Shown: positions 50,615 to 60,564, counted from the first letter of the stretch. The stretch is 64,000 bases of DNA from Candidatus Atabeyarchaeum deiterrae (GCA_037310415.1 CP147780.1:2592001-2656000), one strand, 5' to 3'. Notes: generated from the sequence alone by a model not told the origin. Numbers and translations are program-made.

Positions 50615-51349
50615 ATGAAACTATCATACACTGAGATTTTCAAGTATTCGGACATACTCAACCCAGTCTCTATAACCACATTACTCTTAGCAGGTAAGCT
50701 TGCCCAACTGGAACCCAAGAAGACAGTCCTTGACCTTGGAAGTGGAAAAGGTTTTCCTTCTCTATTGTGGGCGAGTGTATTTGGAGTTCGGGTTGAAGGA
50801 TTTGACTTGAACAGGAATTACGTCAAATACGCAAATTCACGTGCTAAGATGCTGAATCTTTCGAGTCGAGTCGAATATTCATATGGAGATGTCGGAGAAC
50901 TGAGGCTTAGCAGAAAATATGATGTGATAGCTTCTTTGGGGCTTGGAGTAGCGCAAGTATATGGAAGTAACGGTGATGCTTTGAGAGTGCTCAAAACTAT
51001 GCTGCATAAGGACGGTGTTTTGATCATGGCAGAACCTGTTTGGCTTACTAAACCTGTTTCGTCGAAAGTGCTGAAAGCTCTAGGCGAGGTTGAAGACAGC
51101 TTTGCTACCAAGCCTGAAATGTGGGAACTGTTGCAGAAATCTGAGTTTCAAGAGTTGGGAGATTTCGTTTCCTCTAAAGAAGACTGGGAAGTCTATGTTA
51201 GACCAACCTACTTTGCCATGCAAGAAATCGTCAAGAGTAAGAGCGACCTTGCAGAGGAAGCTGAAGGGGTCATAAATAGCTTCAGAGCTGAATATGATGC
51301 CGCCGGTCAACACTGGAACATGGTCCTTTGGGTTGTCAAATCTCGATAG
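50615..51349 (+). CDS. Class I SAM-dependent methyltransferase
   Basis: VLDLGSGKG motif I, YDVI. Confidence 0.85.
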   Translation: MKLSYTEIFKYSDILNPVSITTLLLAGKLAQLEPKKTVLDLGSGKGFPSLLWASVFGVRVEGFDLNRNYVKYANSRAKMLNLSSRVEYSYGDVGELRLSRKYDVIASLGLGVAQVYGSNGDALRVLKTMLHKDGVLIMAEPVWLTKPVSSKVLKALGEVEDSFATKPEMWELLQKSEFQELGDFVSSKEDWEVYVRPTYFAMQEIVKSKSDLAEEAEGVINSFRAEYDAAGQHWNMVLWVVKSR

Positions 51350-51556
51350 GATCTCTTTGGATGCAAACGCGCGCTGGCAAGAAAAATCAGGAATCCAGCC
51401 TAAAGAGGGAGGGAGTCTTGGAGTCCCGCTCCACGCGTTCCCGAACCTACTTTGCTTCTACTTGCTTAGAGTCTACCCGAAAAGACTTAAATACAGTAAG
51501 CAATAGACAAGTCAACCACTCCTTGTATTTGATTCAGAGGCAAGGGAGGTACTCAA

Positions 51557-52180
51557 GTGAAAAGAAAAATGATCTGTGCTCTAGTGGTATTATCAGTGCT
51601 CTTAGCTTCCATGTCTACAATCACCAGCACAAGGGCGGCAGATTACAGCAAGGTCGGCGTGAAGCAAGGAGACTGGGCGGAATACGCAGTCTCTTCGACA
51701 GGACACACGTGGAACAAGGCGCGACTCGACATAACTGGCGTATCGGGAGCCCGAGCTAATCTCAGCCTCACAATATACTATCCAAACGGCACGATTGCCG
51801 GCACGGAAACCGGTTACGCAAACGTCACCAGTGGCAATGTTCCGTATTGGATGATTGCACCCAACCTCAACAAAGACGATCTCATTTATCCGGCCTCGTC
51901 CAACAAGATCAACGATACTGCTCAGATGATTGTTGCTGGAGCGACTAGGACAGTCAACCGTCTCGTATGGTCGAGCTATGGGAACCTTGCATGGGAATGG
52001 GATAGAACTACCGGGCTAACGATCAGATTCTACATTTCAGACGGTGGCTGGGACAACTACACTATGACAGCTACCAACATGTGGCTACCAGATTGGGTTT
52101 TACCTGTCGTGATCGGCGGTGCAGTGGGTGCAGTGGCACTGATCGCTGTGGCGGTCGTGATTATTAGGCGCAGACGCTGA
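51557..52180 (+). CDS. Secreted protein with C-terminal membrane anchor
   Basis: Signal peptide, VGVKQGDWAEY, WDRTTG, C-terminal TM + RRRR. Confidence 0.8.
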   Translation: MKRKMICALVVLSVLLASMSTITSTRAADYSKVGVKQGDWAEYAVSSTGHTWNKARLDITGVSGARANLSLTIYYPNGTIAGTETGYANVTSGNVPYWMIAPNLNKDDLIYPASSNKINDTAQMIVAGATRTVNRLVWSSYGNLAWEWDRTTGLTIRFYISDGGWDNYTMTATNMWLPDWVLPVVIGGAVGAVALIAVAVVIIRRRR

Positions 52181-52427
52181 TGAGTCGTTGCTTCTAGGCA
52201 AATTGCCAGCATCTCCCTTTTTTTATTGAAGTAGCACCCCATTGGAGAGACAGAACCACGTTAGAACGAGGGCACTAGAAAAGGATTCTATGACCAGACA
52301 AGCACCTAATTCAGGTACATGCAAAGGACAGAATACCTCCAGTCAGAGGCTTACCTCGATTGATGAAGTGACTCAATCCCAGTTCTAGGAACATGCGATA
52401 ACCATGAAGACCGTTAATTCGATCACG

Positions 52428-52805
52428 CTAATCTCCTATGAGCTCCACATCCTCGAGCCCTTTGAAGTGCTCATCGCCTGTCACGAGCCTCGCCTGTTCA
52501 CTTCTCGCTGTCGCATATATGATTGAATCCGCCATACCCAACCCGAGCTTCAGACTCACGTCGGCCGCGCTTATCGCCAGCTCCTCACTAAGAGGAACAA
52601 TCTTCGTTCTCGCCAGCTGCCCATACACTTCCAGTGCCATTTCCTCTCCCTTCTCTCGCCTCACTTTCTTGTAGACTTCGTAGACAATGATCGTCGGTGT
52701 TATCGTGTTCTCCTCACTTGCTTGCTCGACGTATTTCTCGTACTTGGCAGCGAGCTTACCAGCGGCAAAGTATTCAATCCACCCGTGGGAATCAAGCAGA
52801 ATCAA
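52428..52805 (-). CDS. vapC: VapC PIN-domain toxin
   Basis: LLDSHGWIEYF, YEV, ADSIIYATA, TGDEHF. Confidence 0.9.
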   Translation of the reverse strand: MILLDSHGWIEYFAAGKLAAKYEKYVEQASEENTITPTIIVYEVYKKVRREKGEEMALEVYGQLARTKIVPLSEELAISAADVSLKLGLGMADSIIYATARSEQARLVTGDEHFKGLEDVELIGD

Positions 52806-53011
52806 AATCTATCTCCCTCGTCCCTGATGTTTTCGGTTGATAGCCCCTTCAAGGAACCCTTCAGTTCTTTTGCTGGTCTTTGAGGGATGATGCTAATGAT
52901 ACCCTCTTTTTCTATGATAACCACTCTCTGCCCGGGCGTTATGTTTGCCCTTTTTCTCACCTGTTCTGGAATCACAACTTGGAATTTAGATGAAATCTTC
53001 ACGGTCGTCAT
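52802..53011 (-). CDS. AbrB-type antitoxin
   Basis: ISSKFQVVIPEQVR. Confidence 0.88.
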   Translation of the reverse strand: MTTVKISSKFQVVIPEQVRKRANITPGQRVVIIEKEGIISIIPQRPAKELKGSLKGLSTENIRDEGDRF

Positions 53012-53044
53012 CGATACCCACCTAGTTCAACGAACGTTGCATCG

Positions 53045-53060
53045 ATATATAAACTGTTCT
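53045..53060 (-). promoter_or_regulatory. Putative BRE/TATA promoter of the abrB-vapC module
   Basis: Minus strand AGAACAG-TTTATATA about 35 nt upstream of the ATG at 53011. Confidence 0.5.
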
Positions 53061-53188
53061 ATTAGCTTCTCAACGGTGCCAGGTTATTCGTCTCTTTGTG
53101 GAATCTGTTGAATATGGCAGTTACTTGAGGTCTTGCGAAGCTATAGACGAAAAGAAGGAAGTGAATTTCTGGTTTGGCTCATGTCAAC

Positions 53189-53302
53189 CCACATCTGGAA
53201 ACCTGTCTTACCAGCACCCCACTTAGTCAAAGCAGTCTTGAGCCCCTCATGCTCCTTAGCATACTCACTGACCTTAATCACCTGCATCACAGCATAAATA
53301 GG
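53189..53302 (-). repeat. rbcL-like 3'-end repeat, copy 3
   Basis: Encodes PIYAVMQVIKVSEYAKEHEGLKTALTKWGAGKTGFQM; stop position reads TGG. Confidence 0.92.
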
Positions 53303-53527
53303 CCACCAAAAAGTGTGAAAACCTTCCTCAATGTCACTAGGAAAGAGAGAGTTCTTAAGGGAATGACCCGCCTACTTAATTGAGGGAGAAATCAGCTCAA
53401 CTTGGCCCATGTATCGCACTATGCAAAGTCAGTTGGGCGGTTCTGAATCGATCGGTTTTGTACAAAGCAGTGATTAGCCGCGAAGAATTGAAGCGAGAGA
53501 TGTCTGACTCTTAGGCGGGACATCAAC

Positions 53528-53809
53528 ATGCAGGTAGAAGTGATAGAGAACAAGATTGCTCCCGTGCTCAAGCGTTACGGTGTCAGGAGAGCTGCGATTT
53601 TCGGCTCCATTGCTAGGGGAGAAGAAATGGAGAATAGTGACATAGATATCTTAGTTGAGTTCGAAGGAGACAAGAGTCTACTCGATCTAGCAGGACTTAA
53701 GATCGAACTTGAGGAAACGTTGGGGAGGAAAGTAGATGTCCTAACCTATGACTCTTTGCATCCCTTGCTTAGAGATCGAATTCTCAGCGAACAAAAGGTG
53801 ATCCTATGA
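53528..53809 (+). CDS. Minimal nucleotidyltransferase (MNT) antitoxin
   Basis: FGSIARGE..SDIDILV, GRKVD. Confidence 0.92.
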   Translation: MQVEVIENKIAPVLKRYGVRRAAIFGSIARGEEMENSDIDILVEFEGDKSLLDLAGLKIELEETLGRKVDVLTYDSLHPLLRDRILSEQKVIL

Positions 53810-54177
53810 AGAAGGATCCGCTGGTATTTGTCGAGCACATGCTGGAAAGCATGCAAATGATAGAGGAATACGTCGGAAGAACAACAAGAGAACAATTCAT
53901 GAGTTCACGACTAACGCAAGATGCAGTCATCAGAAGAATCGAGATCATTGGAGAAGCCGCAAAGAACGTACCAGAAGATGTGAAGAAAAGCTATCCCAGC
54001 ATACCTTGGAAAAGAATAGCCGGAATGAGAGACATTCTGATCCATGGATACTTTGGCGTCGATCTGGGGTTAACTTGGAAAGTTGCCAGTGAAGAGCTCG
54101 GAGAGCTAAAGAGCAAGATTATGAAGGTAAAGAAGAATCTGGAGGACATAAGAAAAGGTAGCAAAGCAAAGAACTAG
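53806..54177 (+). CDS. HEPN (DUF86/HepT-like) toxin
   Basis: DAVIRRIEIIGEA, IPW..IAGMRDILIHGY (Rx4HxY). Confidence 0.92.
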   Translation: MKKDPLVFVEHMLESMQMIEEYVGRTTREQFMSSRLTQDAVIRRIEIIGEAAKNVPEDVKKSYPSIPWKRIAGMRDILIHGYFGVDLGLTWKVASEELGELKSKIMKVKKNLEDIRKGSKAKN

Positions 54178-54235
54178 ATGCTTTCTTTAAACCGAAAAAA
54201 GGAGAGGGGAATTGGCTTGATCCCCTCATGTTCGC

Positions 54236-54306
54236 TTAAATCTGGAAGCCTGTTTTGCCAGCACCCCACTTAGTCAAAGCAGTCTTGACCCCCTCATCCT
54301 CTTCAG
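54236..54306 (-). repeat. rbcL-like 3'-end repeat, copy 4
   Basis: Encodes EEDEGVKTALTKWGAGKTGFQI-TAA. Confidence 0.9.
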
Positions 54307-54452
54307 TTTGGACCTGCCTTGAATTTCGGGGCGGAGAACGCGTGCGTATGAACATTATATGGGAGAAGTACCGAGGTTCAAGATGACTAGCCAAAACGCT
54401 AGCAGATAATCGCTTCGATTGTATGACGTGTTTAGAGACTCAGGGATTATGA

Positions 54453-54941
54453 TTACGTCGGGGACGTGTGGCGCGTTTTGAGTTGGGTTGCTATCTTCTT
54501 TCCGAAATCCACGCATTTGGGAAGCTCGCCTTCTGCGACTGGGCCCTTCATTCCTGTGACCTTTATCGATAAGCCAGGAGTTATTAGCTTCAAACTTGGA
54601 ACTTTTTCACTTATCCTCTTCTCCATCTTCTTCACAACCTGCTCGAAGCTCTTACCTCCTCCTTGAGTATCGAAGACAGCCACCCATTTCGTCTTCAGAT
54701 CGAGTTTGCCGAGTTTATCGATGAATGCGACAATGCCGCGGGCAGGTCTGGTGGCATGGTTTGGCGACCCTATCAACACTGCGTCCGACCTAGCCACTTT
54801 TTCAAGGTTGACTTCCTTGACATCAGCAATAGCGGTTTCTATTTCCGCGATTTCTCTCATTCCCTCCACGATCTTCTCCGCCACGAGCTTTGTGTTACCA
54901 TACTTTGTGTCGTAGACGACAGAAACTTTCACCATGGGCAA
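54453..54941 (-). CDS. Flavodoxin-domain protein
   Basis: VYDTKYGNT, IGSP, AVFDT. Confidence 0.87.
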   Translation of the reverse strand: MPMVKVSVVYDTKYGNTKLVAEKIVEGMREIAEIETAIADVKEVNLEKVARSDAVLIGSPNHATRPARGIVAFIDKLGKLDLKTKWVAVFDTQGGGKSFEQVVKKMEKRISEKVPSLKLITPGLSIKVTGMKGPVAEGELPKCVDFGKKIATQLKTRHTSPT

Positions 54942-55177
54942 TCGTCTCCCATCATGTTCTTGATTTCAGGAACGATTATTATAAAACTTTCTTTGCCTCA
55001 TCTTGTAGCATGCGTGAATGTTCCTAAATTAGTTTTCCTCAGCATATCTCTCCATCTTGATGCATGCACAGTTTTGACAAGCCTGTCTGGAAATTTCGTC
55101 TCCAGTAGCGCGCGCTCGAAGGTATGAATTTAAGTTAAAACATAAGCTTAAATTTCCAAGTGTGAAAGCTACTTGTT

Positions 55178-55996
55178 ATGGGTATCGTTTATGCTTGCAT
55201 AGCACCGCATGGGTCTGAGGTTATTCCTGAACTTGCAGGCGACAAGTTGGAGGCTTTCAGCGAAACAAGAAGAGGCATGGAAGAGTTAGCCAGACAAATG
55301 AAGAAGCATAGTCCACACACAATAATCATAGCCACGCCTCACGGCCTAAGACTCGACCACACAATCGGCATAGTAACCTCGCAATATTCTGCAGGAAACC
55401 TAGAAGACAAAGGTAAAACGGTCAGCGCCCGTTTCAAATGCAACCGTCAACTCGCACAAAAAATCTATCAAACCGCCAAAAAAGCAGGATTACCCGTTGT
55501 AGCCGCGAATTATGGCACTAGCGAAGGACCAGACTCTTGCATGCCAATGGATTGGGGCGTGCTAATACCATTATGGTTTTTTGGCGCGCAAGAAAAGAAA
55601 AAACCTCGAATAATCATCGTGGCCCCTTCCAGAGAAATCCCGCTCACGCAACTTGTGGAATTTGGCAAAGTCATAGCTCGAACTTCAGAAACATCAAAGA
55701 GGAAAATAGCCTTCGTCTCCAGCGCAGACCAAGGACACGCACACGACAAGACTGGACCGTACGGCTTTCACCCAGCATCCAAGAAATATGACGAGCTAGT
55801 GATAAAAGCCATAAGAGAGAACAACTTGAAGCAAATACTTACGCTGGATTTACAGTTTGTGGAAGACGCGAAGCCTGATAGTCTCTGGCAAATAGCCATT
55901 CTTGAAGGCGTGTTAGAACATGTACCCATGAAATCAAGGTTCGTCTCATATCAGGCACCAACGTATTTTGGTCTGATGTGTGCCGATTTTGAGTGA
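55178..55996 (+). CDS. LigB/MEMO-like extradiol dioxygenase family protein
   Basis: APHG, ATPHG, DWG..IPL, SADQGH, YQAPTYFG. Confidence 0.8.
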   Translation: MGIVYACIAPHGSEVIPELAGDKLEAFSETRRGMEELARQMKKHSPHTIIIATPHGLRLDHTIGIVTSQYSAGNLEDKGKTVSARFKCNRQLAQKIYQTAKKAGLPVVAANYGTSEGPDSCMPMDWGVLIPLWFFGAQEKKKPRIIIVAPSREIPLTQLVEFGKVIARTSETSKRKIAFVSSADQGHAHDKTGPYGFHPASKKYDELVIKAIRENNLKQILTLDLQFVEDAKPDSLWQIAILEGVLEHVPMKSRFVSYQAPTYFGLMCADFE

Positions 55997-56061
55997 CTGA
56001 CCCTCGCGCGTGCTTCATCTCCGATCTTCCTCATGATTACTTATTCTCCTTCTTGTTGCAC

Positions 56062-56175
56062 CTACATCTGGAAACCAGTCTTACCTGCACTCCACTTCGT
56101 CAAAGCAGTCTTCGGCGCCTAATGCTCCACGGCATACTCATCAAGTTTAATGCCATGCATCATCACATGATTAAC
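56062..56175 (-). repeat. rbcL-like 3'-end repeat, copy 5 (degenerate)
   Basis: Encodes MMHGIKLDEYAVEH*APKTALTKWSAGKTGFQM-TAG. Confidence 0.88.
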
Positions 56176-56386
56176 CTGACTGAAAGCTCTCACCCGCATT
56201 TTCAAGCCATCTTGGCGCATGTAGGACATCACAAATGCTTGCTAATACTCATAGACACGGTTGAAAACCCCAAGAAGAACATGAAAATAGAAAATGGAAG
56301 TGCCAAGAAGTAACACTCTTTTTAAAGCAGGACGCCCAAAAGTGAAGATCAAAAGAACAAGAAGGCGACGAGGAGGTGCTGATAGA

Positions 56387-56818
56387 GTGAAGATTGGTGA
56401 AGAGACATGGAATCTTTTACAGAAGCATCTGGGCTACACAAGTGAAGAGATGAGGATATTCAGAGAGAATCGAAGGAATGAGGATGTTCTCTCCAAGACG
56501 CCTGAACTCATGAACAAGACGATAATTGCTGAGGTGGTTGAATCCCATGGATGCAATAGTCAGCATAAGGTCGGAGACAAGTTCATTTTTGACGGAGCGG
56601 GCAACCTCATAACGAAACTCTGCCCCAAGAGAATTTGCGTCTACGCCTTGAATCCAATCGCAATGCAAATCTTCACATTGAACGAGTTACTATATGCAGG
56701 TGTCAAACCCAATGACATGAGATTCAAACGGGCAGGTTGCTTTGATGTGGGAGTACAATGTGGCGGATGGGGTCATATCGTAATGGAGATCAGGATGGAG
56801 GATCGCAAGAAAAAGTGA
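56387..56818 (+). CDS. Cys-rich TIGR04076-like protein
   Basis: EVVESHGC..HKVGDKF, CP..IC, GCFD; GTG start after AGGAGGTG. Confidence 0.6.
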   Translation: MKIGEETWNLLQKHLGYTSEEMRIFRENRRNEDVLSKTPELMNKTIIAEVVESHGCNSQHKVGDKFIFDGAGNLITKLCPKRICVYALNPIAMQIFTLNELLYAGVKPNDMRFKRAGCFDVGVQCGGWGHIVMEIRMEDRKKK

Positions 56819-56950
56819 TAACATAGGAACAAGATCATCACGTCATACGCGAATAGGTTACGGCAGCTTTGGCTTTAACATCTCAGCAAAAACAAATGAT
56901 GCCCAAAAAAGAAAAAGTAGGGTGATGCTGATTATTCCCTCTAGGTTCAC

Positions 56951-57091
56951 ATACATCTGGAAGCCTGTCTTACCAGTACCCCACTTCGTAAGTGCAGTCT
57001 TAAGCTCCTCATGCTCCTCAGCATACTCACTAACCTTGATCCCCTGCATCACAGCATCAATAGCCAGACGAAACACACGAGCACCATCACC
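56951..57091 (-). repeat. rbcL-like 3'-end repeat, copy 6 (longest and best preserved)
   Basis: Encodes GDGARVFRLAIDAVMQGIKVSEYAEEHEELKTALTKWGTGKTGFQM; stop position reads TAT. Confidence 0.93.
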
Positions 57092-57120
57092 TTATCATTC
57101 AGAGTTCGCAGATAGCTTGC

Positions 57121-57531
57121 TTAAGGAGCGGCAACCGTCTTCAGGTCAGGTATACTTTCGAAATGGTCTACGTTTCTGGTAAGCATGGCGCAGTCGTTCA
57201 CAAGTGCTGTCGCGCCAATGAAAATGTCTCTGAAGCCGATCATTTTCCCATCCAATTCGAGATCATTAAGTATCCTCCCTGCTGTCTCCGCGACTTTCAC
57301 ATCAAAATCCATGACAACAAGCCTGTCAAGGAGTCTTGTTACTGCTGATATGCCCTCAGTTGGCTTCCTAGATTTGTATGCTCCATAGTAGAGTTCGAAA
57401 GCGTTGACTGTTGTTGTTGACAACATCACGCCTCTATTCTCAAAGTCAGCTATGAGATTGACAACCTTCTCATTGTATCTTAGGTTGTCGATGAGGACAT
57501 CTGTGTCTATGCATATCTTGAGGAATTCCAT
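57121..57531 (-). CDS. vapC: VapC PIN-domain toxin
   Basis: IDTDVLID, FELYYG, DIFIGATA, TRN..HF. Confidence 0.9.
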   Translation of the reverse strand: MEFLKICIDTDVLIDNLRYNEKVVNLIADFENRGVMLSTTTVNAFELYYGAYKSRKPTEGISAVTRLLDRLVVMDFDVKVAETAGRILNDLELDGKMIGFRDIFIGATALVNDCAMLTRNVDHFESIPDLKTVAAP

Positions 57532-57767
57532 CTGCTCCACCCTTTGTGTAGGCTTTCCATGATTTCTCTCAGTTCTTCGTCGGTCAGCTTCCATGTCCCG
57601 GCAAGATCAGTGATCTTCTTCTGTTTCCCTTGGGGCATCTGGATCATACTTCTAATTGCCTCGTCAACCGAAACTGGCCGCTTGAGCTTTGCCTGGAGCC
57701 TGCCCGCGATCTCGCAGAGCCTCCTGTAGGTCTCATCATCAACTCTAAGGGACTTGCTCAATTCCAA
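57507..57767 (-). CDS. VapB-like antitoxin
   Basis: KSLRVDDETYRRL..SVDEAI, DLAGTW; overlaps the vapC start. Confidence 0.75.
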   Translation of the reverse strand: MELSKSLRVDDETYRRLCEIAGRLQAKLKRPVSVDEAIRSMIQMPQGKQKKITDLAGTWKLTDEELREIMESLHKGWSRWNSSRYA

Positions 57768-57946
57768 TCACTCAAACCACTTTATCCACTTTGTGGAATA
57801 AATATCTTTTGCATCAACAAGTAGCGGTTGAGAAGAGACAATCTCCTCAGTAATTCGACTCAGAGGAACATGATCGAAAAGCAAGTTATCTACGACAAAC
57901 CGATGACCTAAGAAATCAAAACAGGGCCCACTTTCACCTATTTCCC

Positions 57947-58078
57947 TAACAACTGGAAGCCTGTTTTGCCAGCACCCCACTTCGTCAGCGCGGTCTTAAG
58001 CTCCTCATGCTCCTCAGCGCAAACACTGACTTTAATGCCCTGGATCACGGCATTTATAGGCTGATGAAAAGCGCGAAT
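57947..58078 (-). repeat. rbcL-like 3'-end repeat, copy 7
   Basis: Encodes IRAFHQPINAVIQGIKVSVCAEEHEELKTALTKWGAGKTGFQL. Confidence 0.9.
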
Positions 58079-58352
58079 AGCAGTTGTACACATCGTCACC
58101 TCTTCAGCATTACCTAGTTATCCTAGCGGTCTCCGCTTCTGTTAACTTGGCGAGCGATAGGTGGGAGTGTTAATAGTCATGGGACAGTATCTGTCTAGCC
58201 CCTGATTCTTTCTAGACTAAGAGCATTCAAACTGCTGTCAAGGTGGAAGGTGAATTATTTATAACCTCGGAAAAGAAAATGAAATATGTACAATTCACTC
58301 CAATGAAAGGAGTGAAGGGATAAATGGGGCGCTAGAACTGAGAACAGAACTC

Positions 58353-59300
58353 GTGTTCCTGAATATCGCAACTAATGATCTGAGGGCGGCAAAGCTCCTG
58401 CTTGCTGGGAAGCTTTACGCGCAGTCCATTTTCTATATGGAGCAAAGCGTGGAGAAGGCGGTCAAGTCGCTAGGAATAAGGCGTGGCGACATTACGCCTA
58501 AGGAAGCGAGACGGTATGGTCATAGACCATTACGCTACTATCTTAAATTCTTTGAGAATATCAAGACACAGATTAATGAGACACAAATAGAGACTGAAGA
58601 CATGGAAAAGAAGCACCCGATACTGGCTGACCTCTTTGTAGAACTCGGCATCTCTAGAATTGGAGCTCGATTGAATAAGGGAAAGAAGATGTATGAAGAT
58701 CTATTGAAATTGGCTTCGAGGTTTGAAGAAGAAGAGAAGCAAGATCCCGTGAAAGAAGAAAGAGCATTCAACATCGCAATTTCTGGCAGACCACTTGACC
58801 GTTATATTACTTGGTGGCGAGAACAAGAAAAACAACTCTACCGTTCTTGGCGCACGATTGGCCAGATCGAATCAAAGTCTTACAGAGATGAACTCGAAAG
58901 AGACATTCCAAGATTCCAAGAGATATTAAGAAAGCTTACTCCAAGACTGATTGCAGAACTACCTTCTGAAGACAAACTCACAACGCAAGGCTTAGAAAAA
59001 GCCATTGAAGGACTCCAAAAACCCAAAACCCTATCCCAGATCGACCGATTTGCATTTGAGTACGCAGGAAACAAGTTGTACGACGAGACTCAAGAATTCT
59101 TCTTCATCGGATCGCTGTTCTACTTAGCTCTACTGTTCTTTCCTCACGCCACTCGCGCTAGGTATCCAGATGAAGGGGTTGAGAATCCACTGTCTTTTTA
59201 TAGTGCCAGAAACCCACTAGTCCGAAGACTCGCCCAATTCATAGAAATTGCCGAGCACACACTGGATTTCATGAATAAATGGATTTTGGGGAACCCTTAG
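58353..59300 (+). CDS. HEPN-domain protein with a large helical insertion
   Basis: N-terminal A..DL.AA..L...LY.QS.F..EQSVEKAVK..GH; C-terminal HATRARYPD. Confidence 0.7.
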   Translation: MFLNIATNDLRAAKLLLAGKLYAQSIFYMEQSVEKAVKSLGIRRGDITPKEARRYGHRPLRYYLKFFENIKTQINETQIETEDMEKKHPILADLFVELGISRIGARLNKGKKMYEDLLKLASRFEEEEKQDPVKEERAFNIAISGRPLDRYITWWREQEKQLYRSWRTIGQIESKSYRDELERDIPRFQEILRKLTPRLIAELPSEDKLTTQGLEKAIEGLQKPKTLSQIDRFAFEYAGNKLYDETQEFFFIGSLFYLALLFFPHATRARYPDEGVENPLSFYSARNPLVRRLAQFIEIAEHTLDFMNKWILGNP

Positions 59301-59354
59301 CACACCACTCAACATAGAGAGCATTAAGCCACGTCCGACGACAATTAATACGCC

Positions 59355-59464
59355 CATTCTAACCCTGTTTTACCAGCGCCCCACTCAGTGAGAGCGGTCT
59401 TCAGCTATTCGTGCTCCTCAACTTAATTAGTGACTTTGATGCCTTCCGTCACCGAATAAATAGC
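59355..59464 (-). repeat. rbcL-like 3'-end repeat, copy 8 (most degenerate)
   Basis: Encodes AIYSVTEGIKVTN*VEEHE*LKTALTEWGAGKTG. Confidence 0.82.
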
Positions 59465-59544
59465 TTCCCAAGAACTACCAAGGTCACACAACGCGATGCA
59501 CAATAATGTACTGACGTCCGCGATCATGAGGCTCAGTTGCTTTT

Positions 59545-60564
59545 CTACACTTTGCCTCGCAAGACTTCTTCTGCGTATTTCACCAACAACTTCGTGATCA
59601 GAAGCACGCTCTCTGCATCTGCTCTCGTGACCACAACATCCTGTGGTTGATATTTCGGAGATTTCTTGAAGTCTTCTAAGTGCAAGTCGACGGATGAAAG
59701 ATCATTGAATAATGCGCACGCGCGAGACCATTTCACTCCATAGGCAAAAGTGCTTTTCCCAAGTTTTTCCCCCATCATCTTGTCAAGAAGACTCCCGACT
59801 TCTCTGCAATTAGCGTAGACTCCCTTTGTGTTCCACTGTCTAAAGCAGTTCTCTGCGTCTTCCACGTAGGCCCATGCTTCCTTAATGAGCCTCTCACCGC
59901 TTGGAATGCGAACAACGAAATACTCTCCAAGTCCTAGCTTCGGGGCAAAATCATTGATCCAGTCGGCAGAAGTTATCATCAGGTCACGGTTATAATGAGT
60001 GAGTCTATATGCAATGAAGCTTCGAGAAGTCCCTTCGCCAGTAAGAAGCTTGGGTTCGTTGGCGACTTGAGGGCGCATCCCCTGCTGTATGTGTATCAAT
60101 GGCGAGTATGGCGTGTCGCCATAAACTCCACGGATCTCTTGCTTAGCCAATCCCAGTGAACTGGGAGGTACAGCGTACACAGGAGAGATGGAAGCACGAT
60201 TCTCGGACGAAACAGTATGGAGGTGCAATGCTATTTTAACATCACCTTTTCTGTCTTCCATTCGCCGTGTCTCAAGATATTCAAGATCCAACGAAGTCAA
60301 GGCGATAACGAGCGTAGCTCTCCAAGTCTGCTTGGTTGGCGTCTGACGTTGAATCGAAAGATCTGTTGCCGCGACTTCGCCATACAAACCTTCCTGCAGA
60401 AGCAAGCTCCTAGCACCCAGCATCTTCTTATCATCAGTTTCGATATAACCATCAAGCCACAGAATCGCCTCTTCACGAATGGCATAAGTGATCTCTAGAT
60501 CAAACGCAAGGGCTGGAAGAGTCAGTTGATCATATGGTCTGATGCTTATCTTCTCCAAATCCAA
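59545..60564 (-). CDS. Hypothetical protein with possible C-terminal HEPN-like helical domain
   Basis: 339 aa ORF with SD; AW.YVEDAE..F...ANCR..H..ADAE..L tail. Confidence 0.6.
   Translation of the reverse strand: MDLEKISIRPYDQLTLPALAFDLEITYAIREEAILWLDGYIETDDKKMLGARSLLLQEGLYGEVAATDLSIQRQTPTKQTWRATLVIALTSLDLEYLETRRMEDRKGDVKIALHLHTVSSENRASISPVYAVPPSSLGLAKQEIRGVYGDTPYSPLIHIQQGMRPQVANEPKLLTGEGTSRSFIAYRLTHYNRDLMITSADWINDFAPKLGLGEYFVVRIPSGERLIKEAWAYVEDAENCFRQWNTKGVYANCREVGSLLDKMMGEKLGKSTFAYGVKWSRACALFNDLSSVDLHLEDFKKSPKYQPQDVVVTRADAESVLLITKLLVKYAEEVLRGKV

Noticed and set aside
52231-52253. gtagcaccccattggagagacag as a tenth repeat copy
   Set aside because: Only ~11 nt match the core (agcaccccatt); not distinguishable from chance without a profile search.
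55086-55107. tctggaaatttcgtctccagta as a degenerate repeat copy
   Set aside because: Short gapped similarity with no KWG core.
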